DNA from: Heptranchias perlo
Lineage: Eukaryota
Reading direction: 5' to 3'
DNA length: 64,000 bases
Assembly (NCBI RefSeq): GCF_035084215.1
Contig: NC_090367.1
Location: 6,758,001 to 6,822,000 of the forward strand
Position 1 is the stretch's first letter. Each line of letters opens with the position of its first letter. Under the pieces are notes generated by a model that worked only from the letters and a program-made list of their open reading frames with translations, searched no databases and was not told the origin of the DNA. Below, piece by piece: positions 51,121 to 63,105 of the stretch. The position numbers and the translations under genes were made by a program.

Positions 51121-52751
51121 ATACTGACCGACAAACTGGTCAAGCCTTTGGAAGATACATCTCTTCCATCTTCCGTACCATGCATCGGTACCACTGATCA
51201 CTTAAATACCATTAGTAACGCCAGCGACACTTTGATGTTTATATTTTGATATCTAAGTGACCAGTGCCACAGCAAGAATCACTGTGTGAGGTAGCAGGTG
51301 TTAAACTATCACCCAAACTAGGGAGTCAGATTTCCTTGTGCCTGCAGAATCTGTTATGCCAGTGAATCCAATAAAGCTTGGGCAAGAAGATTCTAAAGTA
51401 GAAACAGAAGATATTGGGAAACAGAACAGGTCCACTCGCATCCAAAACTGAAATATTTAACTTTCCCACCCTAAATTATTAACCTATGTTTCTTGTCTCA
51501 TTTTTTTCAGATGTTCACTGACCTGCTGTGAATTTTCTATTTTCATTTGATTTCCAACAATTGCAGGTTTTCTTTTTATCTTAAAGACCCTGCTTTACCA
51601 ATGAAATTCTTTGCCAACCAATCCAACTTGACTGGCATGAGGCAGTGTGATAATAGGTTGCAATGCACCAACGATGGAATTTATTTCCGCATGGTGTCCC
51701 TCTAGGGATGAAATTTGTACATGGCATGGCATCTATCCGTGCACATGTCGGGGAGATTGCTTTCCTAACAGTGCATCAGGGCATCTTGTGATATCCAGTC
51801 GTTCATACATTATGAATGCAACTGTAGCATCAAAGATTTGCCTTGCACCCCTCCTGAGCAGGATGCAAGAGAAAGCTTGTCACCTAGTAGGCAATCCTTC
51901 TGGCCTTGATTCTCCCTTTCCTTGTCTGATTCTTTTTTCTGTCGGTACTTCTGTCAGTGCTATGCAAGTGTCATTTTTTTTTCACTCAATCTCTTTCTCC
52001 TTCCTACATCGTGTTAATATCAGCTTCATGGCGCGGCCCCCTGTTCTAACCCCATTTTTCTCTGGACTTCAAAAATCCAGAGCTTCTCACCTGCCTCCGA
52101 CCCTCCTTCCTCCCACAATTTACCAGCTCTTTAAACTCCGGCTTGGCGTCACCTAACTATCACACGATTTATCCTAACTTAGAAATTTAAGAGTAAGGAG
52201 GGAAGTTGATTGGAACTTTTTCATCCAAAAGGGTAATAGTATCGTTAGATAAGTTTACGATTGAAACAAACGGATTCATAAGATAATTAGATATATTTCT
52301 GGAGAGAGAAGAATTGAGGATATGTCGAAGATGGGGTGAATCTGCAGAAAGGGTAGGGCTGCTGGGCCTAATAGCATTTCCTGTTACTAAAAGTTCTGGT
52401 GCATAGAATTATATAGAAATTACCACACAGAAACAGACAATTTGGCTCAACTAGTCCGTGTTGGTGTTTGTCCTCCACATGAGCAGTAGTCCTAATACCA
52501 TGTGCCCACCCTGCTCCCATCTCCTATCTCTGACGGTTTAGTTCACAAGAGGGCCTCTTACAGCTGAACCCGATAGTGGAAGGAGATCACTAACCTGTTT
52601 TCTCAGCTGGGAGACAATGTATAGGGAAATTGGACTAGAAAGACAGTCGCATGAGCAATTCAAAGAAGTAAAGTACCAAATGATAGAGAGAGTGAAAAGT
52701 GTTTGGTTCCTATTTGTGCTGATTTATTGCTGATGGCCGAGGGGAAGTGTT

Positions 52752-53190
52752 CATAGGATCGCAGAATGGTTACAGCACAGAAGGAGGCCATTCGGCCCAT
52801 CGAGCCCGTGCCGGCTCTTTGTAAGAGCAATCCAGTTAGTCCCATTCCCCCGCTCTTTCCCCGTAGCCCTGCAAATTTTTTCCCTTCAAGTATTTATCCA
52901 ATTCCTTTTTGAAAGCCACAATTGAATCTGCTTCCCCACCCTTTCAGGCAGCGCATTCCAGATCATAACTACTCGCTGTGTAAATGCCAAGCTGGCATTT
53001 CAGTTCAGTAACGTCGGAGTGCTGCATTGTTGGAGGTGCCATCTTTCAGTTGAGATTTATTTACTTTATCTAAACCCGTCATGATTTTGAAATCTCCTCT
53101 CAACCTTCTCTGCTCTAAGGAGAACAACCCCAGCTTCTAACAGTCTATCCATGTAACTAAAGTCCCTCACCATTCTAGTAAATCTTTTTT
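52752..53190 (-). mobile_element. CR1 LINE 3' fragment carrying a 71-bp foreign insert
   Basis: cacagaaggaggccattcggccc tail; ccttctctgctctaaggagaacaaccccag (LGLFSLEQRR on the minus strand). Confidence 0.85.
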
Positions 53191-53419
53191 TTAGACAAGG
53201 AAGGAAGAGACACAAACAATGGTCAGAGAAAAGATTAACTCATTAACCAAGCAATTCATATTGATACTTGAGGGTCAAAGTCTTTTGCATATCTACGATC
53301 CCTGTAACCTTGAAAGGCTGTATTAAGAAGTCAGCTAGGATGTCAGTGCAAATGAAAATTTGATGATCGGGAACTGGTCCAATCAAAAGTTCACTAAGAT
53401 CAATTAGTACTGCAATGGT

Positions 53420-53715
53420 GAGCTCTGACTGAAGTGGTCATGTGTTCCACTCCAGAACATGAGCACATAATCTGGGGAGATGCTTTGGTTCTGTACTGAG
53501 AGCATGCTGCATGGACCTTTTGGACCAAAATCCTGTATACCTATTAAGGCCCCATGGCACCACTCAAATAAGAGTAGGGGCTTCTCCTGGGGTCCTGGCC
53601 AACATTGGCTCCTTAATCAACAATACTAAAAACACATTGACTGGTCATTTATCTGATTTGCTATTTGTGGGACCTTGCTCTGTGCACAAATTGGCCGCTG
53701 CCTTTGCCTAGAGAA
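53420..53715 (+). mobile_element. Degenerate Deu-domain SINE
   Basis: cccatggcac..agagtaggggcttctcctggggtcctggccaacatt..ttgtgggaccttgc. Confidence 0.55.
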
Positions 53716-55652
53716 CAAGTGCGAGTATATTGGATTTAGGAACCTTTTGAGTCTGAGGAGTACAGTCTAGTTCAGGTTTGGGTAGAGTTCTACTCAGTGG
53801 GTGTTACAATCTTGGGTTCTTATAGTAGATAAGATTCAGTGTCGGTGCCCTCCCCCATCAGTGGACATTGTGTCCTCTATAAACTGGAGTGTGTCTTTAT
53901 ATGCCCAATATCTAGGTAAATGTAGCATGACCCAGAAATTGAACAGAGAACCTTTGCCGCTATATTTTGGCTCACTGGGATATACTGCATGCCACCATTT
54001 GACCTCCTCACCTTTCGTAGGTGGAAGTATATATATTCTATCAGACTGAAGCTCAGACTATAAACCAACAGACGTTAAACACGTAAATGAACAGTACTCA
54101 ACACAAAACAATATATTTTCAGTAATTACAGCCTTCACCAACCCCCTCAATGTCAAAACAACAAAACCCTTCTCCTGCACGGCCTCTGAACATTGCTCCT
54201 CGAAACACGACCACTCAGGTGAAACCAGATGAAGCTCGATCTCCCTGCTGGTTTTGGATTGATTGACTTCTGAGGTGAAGACATATCTTTCATAATGCTT
54301 TGAGTTCTGTTAGAACAAAGGACAACCCCCCCCCCCCCCCGCCCCTGAAACTCTCATAACCTGTGCGGTTGTTGATTTAATATGGTTATCAATTACCTGG
54401 GATGTTTGTTCCTACATACACAGCCACCACTTCCAGCAAAATATAATGACAATTCTCAGCCTGTCTGTCTGTATCCAAAGTCTCAAACTGACTAAATTGA
54501 ATAGAAAGGCACCTACACAGAAAGGCTTCAAGAAATGTTTGATTCATTGATCTGTCAAACATTTAATAGACTGGCTGCCGTCCAAGTATAAAGTGAATCA
54601 TTTGACCATGCATACCAAGGATGTCCAGAACTATGCATGTTTCTCGCCTTGCCCTGAGGTGTGAACTTTAACCAGACCATACCGCAAGCTGGATAGAGTT
54701 TATATTAAATAGTTAGCAATAACTGATGGTAACACTTTGTGGTGTGTTGTGTCCAAACCCAAAGAAGGCAAAAAGTCTCCCCTTTTGTGAAACAGTCCCT
54801 CACATTGGAATCCGACACCGTGCATGTGGGTCTCTGCCCACTGCGCTTGGCACGGCACCAAGCCCGACAGACATGTCGCTCCTATGCCTTGTGTTTTTGC
54901 CAACCTGCACTTGCAGCAGTCTCGTGCACAGCCCACGGGCAGTGAATTGCCCACATTGGCCCAGTGCCGACATTGCCTCGCAGTTCTGTCCTATGACAGT
55001 GAACGGACAATGTGGCCTGGCTGTGTTCCCTGGCTTGTCCGTCATCAAGCTGAGGCAGCGGCGCCCTGTGAAAAATTATTGCTGGCCCCTGCCAGAATGT
55101 GGAACACCTGACTTCCTGGGGTTGATATAAACTGTGGACGGGTGGCACTTGTGCCTGAAGTCCCTGCCAAGAGGCCCGAGCCATTTTGAGGGCCAGGCCT
55201 CTTTTCAGTATTGTCGATGAGGGCTGGCAGTGGGCTGCAAGATTTCTGGGGGTCCATTCATGGTCGTTCTGGTACCTCAAAAGTCTTACAAAACAACTTG
55301 CCTTTTCCTGAGTGGCCTGCAGCGGTCCCCTTAAGAACTCCTGGTTAGGCCGCTCAATGCCTAGTACCAGTGGGTGGTGTGTGTATGGTGCATGCTCCAC
55401 CCATTGGTGTCTCAATTGCATCAGCATCCTCGGAGCACAGTAGGACTCCAGTTAGCATATTCCAAATAGGCCCCACCCGAAATAGGCTTTGGTACACTAT
55501 AAGCCATCCAGTAGATCTGCAGGTGGGTTCCAGACGCTATACAGATTTGGACTGCAACTTTATTGAGGTGCTTTGAGATGCAGTTAAGTTGAAAAGAAAC
55601 CTTGCTGCTCCTGCTCCCAAATGCTTTTTCTAAAACGTGTTTGTCGTTTTAG

Positions 55653-56034
55653 GGCAAATGGCCGGAGATCACACCAGACTGGAGTTCCACAACATCGAAA
55701 CTGGCATAATGACGGAGAAGCGATTCATCTCCATCGTTCCCTCCAACTTCATCGGCCACCTGCAGAGCCTCGACTTCAACGGGATGCACTACATTGACCT
55801 CTGCAAGAATGGTGACATCAGTTACTGCGAGCTGAATGCCTTCTTCGGCATGAGGGACATCATCGCGGATCCTGTGACATTCAAAACCAAGTCCAGTTAC
55901 CTGGCGCTGGCCACGCTTCAGGCGTACACTTCCATGCATTTGTTCTTCCAGTTTAAGACCACAGCCATAGACGGCTTGATCCTTTACAACAGTGGAGATG
56001 GCAACGACTTCATTGTGGTGGAGCTCGTTAAAGG
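55653..56034 (+). CDS. NRXN2: Neurexin-2-alpha exon, LNS4 end and LNS5 start
   Basis: ttttag|GG CAA ATG ... GTT AAA GG|gtgggt; 382 nt, phase 1-2; [56 protein letters not shown]. Confidence 0.96.
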
Positions 56035-56162
56035 GTGGGTACAATTCTTGGCTGTTGCATCTGGCCTAATCAGGAAAGGTCCCTGAGCAATGAGGGGCAG
56101 TGGGTACCTAAATGCTCCCCTCACGACATAATGGGTCAACTCACCTCCTGATGTGAACCAAG

Positions 56163-56820
56163 TCATGCCGAACACAGTCTCAGGATATGGGGTAGGACAT
56201 TTAGGACTGAGAGGAGGAGAAATTTCCTCACTCAGAGGGTGGTGAACCTGTGGAATTCCCTACCACAGAAGGCTGCGGAGGCCAAGTCACTGAATATATT
56301 TAAGAAGGAGCTAGATAGATTTCTAGACAGAAAAGGCATCAAGGAGTATGGGGAGAGAGCGGGAATATGGTATTGAGATAGAGGATCAGCCATGATCATA
56401 ATGAATGGCGGAGCAGGCTCGAAGGGCCGAATGGCCTACTCCTGTTCCTATTTTCTATGTTTCTATGCAGAATGTCTATGGCTTGATCTCTGACAGGGTA
56501 GATAGAGAGAAACCTTTCTTCTGGTGCGGGGGGGGGGGCGTCCAGAACAAGGGGGCATAACCTTAAAATTAGAGCCAGGCCGTTCAGGGGTGATGTCAGG
56601 AAGAATTTCTTCACACAAAGGGGAGTGGGAATCTGGAACTCTCTCCCCCCAAAAAGCTGTTGAGGCTGGGGGTGAATTGAAAATTTCAAAACTGAGATTG
56701 ATAAGATTTTTGTTGGGTGAGGGTATTAAGGGTTACGGAACCAAGGCTGGTAGATGGAGTTAGAATCAGATCAGCCATGATCTAATTGAACGGCAGAACA
56801 GGCTCGATGGCCTCCTCCTG
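56163..56820 (+). mobile_element. Two adjacent CR1 3' fragments
   Basis: actcagagggtggtgaacctgtggaattccct..gggccgaatggcctactcctg tail ending at 56467; a second copy spans about 56480-56820. Confidence 0.85.
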
Positions 56821-57159
56821 AATTAGCCGATGTCTATTGGAAGAGCAGGTCACCTTTAGGTTTGACTTCAATAATCCTGGACCAGAAGCGGGGAGAAGCA
56901 GCAAATCGGTGATGTTCCTCAGCTGTGATGAAGACCTCCCAATCATGGTCTAAAAGCTGCCAGTTGCCAGGCTATTAGACCGTAAATACTTCACCAATGG
57001 AACATTTGCCAATTAGGTGTGGTTCTGGAGGGCTGTCGGTTCATGTGGAATTGGGCGCCTAGAAAAATCAGTACCTTCAAGAAAGAAGGGGGGAAAACTG
57101 AAAAGTGCGCTGTTAATTCTCAGATTCAGAGAGGGCTTATACTGTTATATTTTAAGAAT

Positions 57160-57317
57160 GCAGAATTTCACCTGGAAAAATTCAGGGTTGGAACTGTGAA
57201 CATAGAGGGATGGCAGAATTTCACCTGGAAAAATTCAGGGTTGTAACTGTGAACATAGAGGGATGGCAGAATTTCACCTGGAAAAATTCAGGGTTGTAAC
57301 TGTGAACACAGAGGGAT
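57160..57317. repeat. 53-bp tandem repeat, 3 copies
   Basis: gcagaatttcacctggaaaaattcagggttgtaactgtgaacatagagggatg starts at 57160, 57213 and 57266. Confidence 0.92.
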
Positions 57318-57564
57318 TGAATCTGGTTCTATCATAGACACTGCCTGCATTTTACACCTGTCTGTGCTCTCGGAGTCAGGTTACGAATGTGGTAAATGCA
57401 GATTATTAAAGCAAATGCAGATTATTAAAGCAAACTAAAAGGACTAAATATTCTCCTCCATGTTGAAGAATGGAGGGTGTATTGGAAAGTGTTATTGAGT
57501 GTGGAGTATATCAGTACAACAGAGAGGCGTGTGGGGTATGTCAGTGTTACAGTGAGGGTGTGAT

Positions 57565-58640
57565 ACTTTATTTGCTCTCAGGATGTGCATGAGGCCACAT
57601 TTACTGCCCAGCCTTGTTGCCCTGAGAAGGTGGCGGTAAGCCTTCCTCTTAAATCGCTGCAGTCCGTGAGGTGATGTTAGGAAGGGAATTTCAGGATATT
57701 AACCTAGCGACCATGGGAAGAACGGCATTATTTGCAAGTCAGGATGTCTTGGGGGGGATCTGCAAGGTGATGGTGTTCCCACAATATTACTGCTCTTGCC
57801 CTTTTTGATTGTGGAGGTCAGAGGGGAAGGAGGTGCTGTCGAAGGGACCTCGGTGTGTTGCTGTAGTGCATCCTGTAGATCATGCATTCTGCAGTCACAG
57901 TGGTCTAGTCCAATGTCAGGGGCACCGATCAAGTGTCCCGGATATTGCGGTTCATGAGTGCTGCTGTGGCTGCACCCATTCAGGTGAGTGGTGGGTGTTC
58001 CAGCACACACCTGGCTGAGTCTCGTAGGTGCTGGAGAGGCTTTGTGGGATCAGGAGGTGAGCCGCTCATCAGGCAATACTCAGTCTCTGCCCTGCTCTTG
58101 TAGCCACAGTGTTGATAGGGTTAGTCAAGTTAAGCTTCTGGTCAATGGTAACCCGCAGGATACTGATGGTGGAGCACTCAGTGACGCTGTGATTGAAAGT
58201 CAGGTGGCTGTGCTTTCTCTTGTTTACAAGAAAGTACTGTTCCAGCGTTCACAGGCGAGGGGAGGGGAGGGGAGGCTCTGACACCAAGCTGGACATGTTA
58301 TCCTCAGACAAGGAAGGGCAAGCAATTCCGGGCGGGGGTGCGGACGGGTTGGCCGTGACATTCCTTGGGCTGCGATGACTAGCCTCTGCCAACCGCGACA
58401 ATCTATCTCTGTACGACTCCAATCACTATAGGGTTTTTCTTTTGACCGCCGCCCTACTCCCTATTGACCTCAGTTTTGCAAGGGCTTCTTGCTGCCATAC
58501 TTGGTCAGATGCCACTCTGGCACTGAGGACAACCACTTTCACTGCACCTCTGGTATTCAGTTCTTGCATCCATGTCTGGATCAAGGCTGCGGTGAGGTCT
58601 GGAGCCGAGTGGTTCTGGCAGAACTTGAATGAAGCATCGG
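57565..58640 (-). mobile_element. Degenerate CR1/L2-superfamily LINE (same family as 17970-18800)
   Basis: Reverse-complement similarity to the 3' end at 18700-18790; upstream part reads HSAPDLTAALIQTW..EL..GAVKVV (RT region). Confidence 0.7.
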
Positions 58641-59904
58641 TCACAGTGAATGGTTCAAGTATATTCAAGTGCTACAGTGTTGGGGGAATTTTAATATTTA
58701 ATCTTACTTGAGGTTTAATTTTGTATTTATATCTAACAGTTCTCTGATAAGAAATCAAGTTAAATCCATCCTTATTTTAAAGGCTCAATTTCTCCCCATC
58801 CCAACATGTCGATCTGTTTTTCTCCAAAGATAATAAGTGCAGTTCCATAAGCCCCTCTTTGTAACTTAACTCCGGAAATCCTTCGGTTATTATTGTCTGT
58901 TCCCTTTAATGTTATTTTCAAGGTAGGATGTCCAGTAATAGTCCAAGTGTGCCCTTTTTTGAGTTGTTGGAGGTTGAAATAACATTTTAACTTTTTTACT
59001 TGTCCACAATATTATAAAGAGTTAGGTATAAAACATAGCTCCTGTCTGTCACATTTAAATTTCTGTCACACTTCCAACAAAAAGCATAAACAAAGGATCT
59101 CTCCGGGAACACAAAATACTGGAGCCAGAATATCTGCAGTCCCTTAATTGTACTCAGTATGAACACCCGCAGTGTTTATTTAACAGGAATTAGACATTCT
59201 GCCTTGAAGGAACATAGATCTACATTTTAAGAGAAGAATAATAGATTTGTTTTGCGTGGTATAATGTTCCTGCTTAATTTATTCATGTCCTTTACAAAGT
59301 TACGTATTGAACTTATAAATGTTAATTAGACAGGGTATAACAAAGCCATGTCTGTTTAGTTAGTGTCAAGAAATTCTAGAGGGAAAACTAGATGGATGTT
59401 TGGCAGAGAAAGTGATGAAGGGGTATTAAGAGATGGTATCTTGGGACCAGGTAGCTAGACTCCAACAGTCTAGGAGTAGACCATTTGGCCCATCGATTGC
59501 ATAGCAGCTCTTTTGTTTTAATGCCAATCTTTGCCCCAATCCAATACTGGAGCAAGGTAAGTCCATAGAATTCCAGGGCACTGTTGGTGATTGAATTAGT
59601 TGTTACCTGGAGAACTAGACCTGTTGACTGGAAGCTGGGATTCTCTGAATAACGTAGTAATCCAATATCCTGATGAGCAGGGTGATCCTGACTGGACACG
59701 TAGGCGATGGCTTACCAGTGCCCTATGCTTGTAAGCTGTGTACTTTTAGCTAGTTAAACTCCTGCTTGGGCTTAGGCTCTTGCAAACCTGGAAATTGTCC
59801 CTTTGGACTTGGGTAAGTGGCAGGTGGCCCTTTGGGAGAGAATCTGCACTTCATATCGGGCCAACCAAAATTTTACCTGCCTGAAGTTCAGTGATTTGGT
59901 GTTG

Positions 59905-60180
59905 ATAAACCGAGGCCCTATCTGCCCTCTCGGGTGGACATAAAAGATCCCACGGTACAACTGGAAGAAGACCTGGGGAGTTCTCCCTGGTGTCCTGGCT
60001 GATATTTATCCCTCACCCGACATCACCGACAGTTGTTTGTGGGATCTTGCTGTGAAAAAAATGTGGCTTCTGTCTTTCCTACATTACAACAGTGACCACA
60101 CTTCAAAAGTGCTTAATTGACTGTAAAGCACTTTGGGGCGTCCTGAGGTCGTGAAAGGCACTGTAGAAATACAGGTTCTT
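59905..60180 (+). mobile_element. Deu-domain SINE fragment
   Basis: taaaccgaggccctatctgccctctcgggtggacataaaagatccca..ggggagttctccctggtgtcctgg. Confidence 0.75.
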
Positions 60181-61659
60181 TCTTATTTCTAGGATGTGGG
60201 ATGATATGGCTTTCTTAGTTCTGTCATGATACATAAGGAGTTAAGTATTTCACAGAGGAAAATGTCTAGTTTATTTTGTTATAATAGTTGCAATGAATCA
60301 CTTGTCTGAGTGAGGTGCCTGACAAGAAGTTAAGCCACTCAATTCAAATGAAAACAGTAATGGAGTTATTTCAAATATATATTTGGCTGCTATTTTGGAG
60401 TTCAATAGACAGTTATTTAAATTTGCATGGTCCCTGGCATTTTGAATGCATTTCTCAGCTTTCAAATTGGCGAGTCTGTTTGAAGCTTTCGGAGAGAGAG
60501 AGAGAGAGAGAGGGTGAAGCAGAAAGCTTCTGTAGACAGTGAGGGGTGGGTGCGGGGTAGGCTACCCAACGTCAATATTATCTACATTATTGTTGCGACT
60601 ATTTGTTGCTTTCTACTTGAGATAGTTGAACTTAATAATGGCCGTAAACTCTGCCATGCATGGCTGCTACTATTTAATAAATGTGTTTGTCATTTAAAAC
60701 CCAAGTTATAGTCGAGTGAAGGGTTTATTTTGTCACCTTCCAAAGTCAAGGAAGGTCACCTGAGGGCATCCAGTAATACCAGTAAGGCAAAATACAGTGC
60801 TGGGCATGGTGCAAATGTAACCCTATATCTGGGCAAGTGAGAGCACTCTATGGGACCTATGGGAGTGGTCGGAGATACTGAACCACCCCCCAACGACCAA
60901 AAAATGTCAGTTTGGGAAACACAAAATTGTGACGTTTAATAGCAGACAGAAATGTTGCCCAAATGCATTCAAAATCATGTAGTGAGGGATTAATTCCTGT
61001 TCTTTAGAGTTGGGTCAGTATGGCCTGAAAGTTCCACAGGGTCCTCCCAATTTCTTGCAGTAAGGTTGGCGGAAGCCTGGGAGAAATGGCATAAACAGTG
61101 GGATACTGGGAGAACCCTGTGCAAATTCATGCTGTATGTGTCTAAAATGCTGTGTTTTTCTTAGTCTACCCATGTTCAATGCTGGTCTAGTAAAGGAAAA
61201 AAAGAGAGACTTCCATTGCCTTTCACGTTCTCAGGACATCTCAAGGTGCCGCCCAGTACGTGCAGGGGTCAAACCTACTGCTGGTGTATTAGTTTCTTTT
61301 CGGGTAGGGGCTCCTGCAGTGGGTTAGTGGATAGATCCACTGCATGTTGTGATGCGAGGCATATATGGCCCAGTAGCTCCCAGGTTCAATCCCTGCACTA
61401 CACAGCGATAGATTATCTTATCCAGGGCAATAATTTGGTTGCTACATTTTGCCTGAGTGACCCTGAGTTATGGAAGGGATAAATCAACCAGCGTTCCCAC
61501 TTCTGCTCACTGTCCATTCATTGAGCCTTGCTGGAAAATGTGTGGTGATGGACAGTGGGTGAGGAGAGGATTTGTCTCTGCTGTGGTGAATATGGTGCCA
61601 ACATCAACCGCTGAGGCCCGTGAAGAATAGAAGTAGAAAAAATTAATTTTAAGACCACA

Positions 61660-62000
61660 GACTTGCATTTATAAAGCACCTCATTTCATCTCAAAAAAAT
61701 CACAAAGAGCTTGCAAGCCACTGAGTTACTTTGAATTTCAATCACTGTTATATAGGCAAACACATCCCCCAGTTTACGCACAGGAAGATCCCCAAGACAG
61801 CAGTGAGATGAATGACCAGTTCATTTGTTTTCTGCTGGTTTCAGTTGAGGAAGGGACGTTGCCCATCCTCAAACACTAAAACCTTGCTGTATTTCTTCGC
61901 CATGGGATCTTCGACAGCCAGGAAGGTAAGGTCTTGATTTAATGTCTCATCCGAAGGATGGCACCTCCAACAATGAGGCACACTGGAGTGTCAGCCTAGA
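61660..62000 (-). mobile_element. Degenerate Deu-domain SINE
   Basis: gccatgggatctt..tttaatgtctcatccgaaggatggcacctccaacaatg is the reverse complement of the core. Confidence 0.65.
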
Positions 62001-62189
62001 TTATATAGACACCAATTTCAACTGGAAATTAAATCATTGCAAACAATCCCGTATGAATTTTTTTTCCCAGGGGAGGAGGTTTGATGAGAATAGGAAGATT
62101 GTTGTTTTGAAGATCAGAGGAAACTTCCCCTACCTCAAAAAGGGACATTCCCAGATAAAAATCTATGCATGTAAAGTACTCTTCAGGAG

Positions 62190-62463
62190 GGAATACCATC
62201 CCGATCTTTGTAACCTCCTCCAGCCCCACAACCCTCCGAGATCTCTGCGCTCCTCCAATTCTGGCCTCTTGCGCCTCTCCGCCTCTCTCTCCTCCTTTAA
62301 GACCCTCCTTAAAACCTACCTCTTTGACCAAGCTTTTGGTCTCCTGTCCTAATATCTCCTTTTGTGGCTCAATGTCAAATTTTAATTGATAACGCTACTG
62401 TGAAGCGCCTTGGGACGTTTTACTATTGTAAAGACCGCTGTATAAATGTGAGGTGTTGTTGTT
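62190..62463 (+). mobile_element. L2 LINE 3' end
   Basis: CNLLQPHNPPRSLRSSNSGLL..FKTLLKTYLF; tail gtgaagcgccttgggacgtttt..tataaatg..gttgttgtt. Confidence 0.78.
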
Positions 62464-62531
62464 ATGAAACGACGTGGATGGGAAGTTTCTTGAAGGCCTG
62501 CCTGAGTCCTAATACCGTTTCCTTTTAACAG

Positions 62532-62722
62532 GTACCTGCATTATGTGTTTGACCTGGGGAATGGTCCCTCCCTGATGAAGGGGAACTCGGACAAGCCCAT
62601 AAATGACAACCAGTGGCACAATGTGATGGTTTCGCGAGATCCAAACAACGTCCATACACTCAAGATTGACTCGAGGACAGTTACCCAACATTCGAATGGT
62701 GCCAGGAACCTTGACCTGAAAG
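62532..62722 (+). CDS. NRXN2: Neurexin-2-alpha exon, LNS5 middle
   Basis: taacag|G TAC CTG ... CTG AAA G|gtaagc; 191 nt, phase 2-1; [54 protein letters not shown]. Confidence 0.96.
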
Positions 62723-62944
62723 GTAAGCCCCAAGTACACAATGTCGTTGGTGGCCAGTGATCTGTAAATGTGAAAAACAAGTCATTTAAAACTCATTGTT
62801 GCAGCTTCTCCAATGGCTGGGAAAGTTTATCCAGTCGGTGGCTGACCCATATCTAGCTCGGACAGGTTCAGTCCTCGGTCTGTGTTGAGTTAGTTGATCT
62901 TGGCTTGGGTCAAGAAAAATCGACCAGGGTTTGTGCTCCTGATT

Positions 62945-63105
62945 GAAAATTGAACATTTCAAAGCTGAGATTGATGGATTTTTGTTAGGCAAGGGTATTA
63001 AGGGTTACAGAACCAGGGTGAGTGGATGGAGTAAGGATACAGATCAGCTTTGACCTAATTGAATGGTGGAACAGGCTCGAGGGGTTCTCCTGTTCCTATG
63101 TTCCT
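62945..63105 (+). mobile_element. Short CR1 3' end inserted into a SINE-like copy
   Basis: ttcaaagctgagattgat..gatcagc..aattgaatggtggaacaggctcgagggg..cctgttcctatgttcct. Confidence 0.75.

Noticed and set aside
54700-55430. Cluster of overlapping GC-rich ORFs upstream of the 55653 exon
   Set aside because: No coherent frame or domain; only a faint LINE-like ARMWN motif, too weak to call
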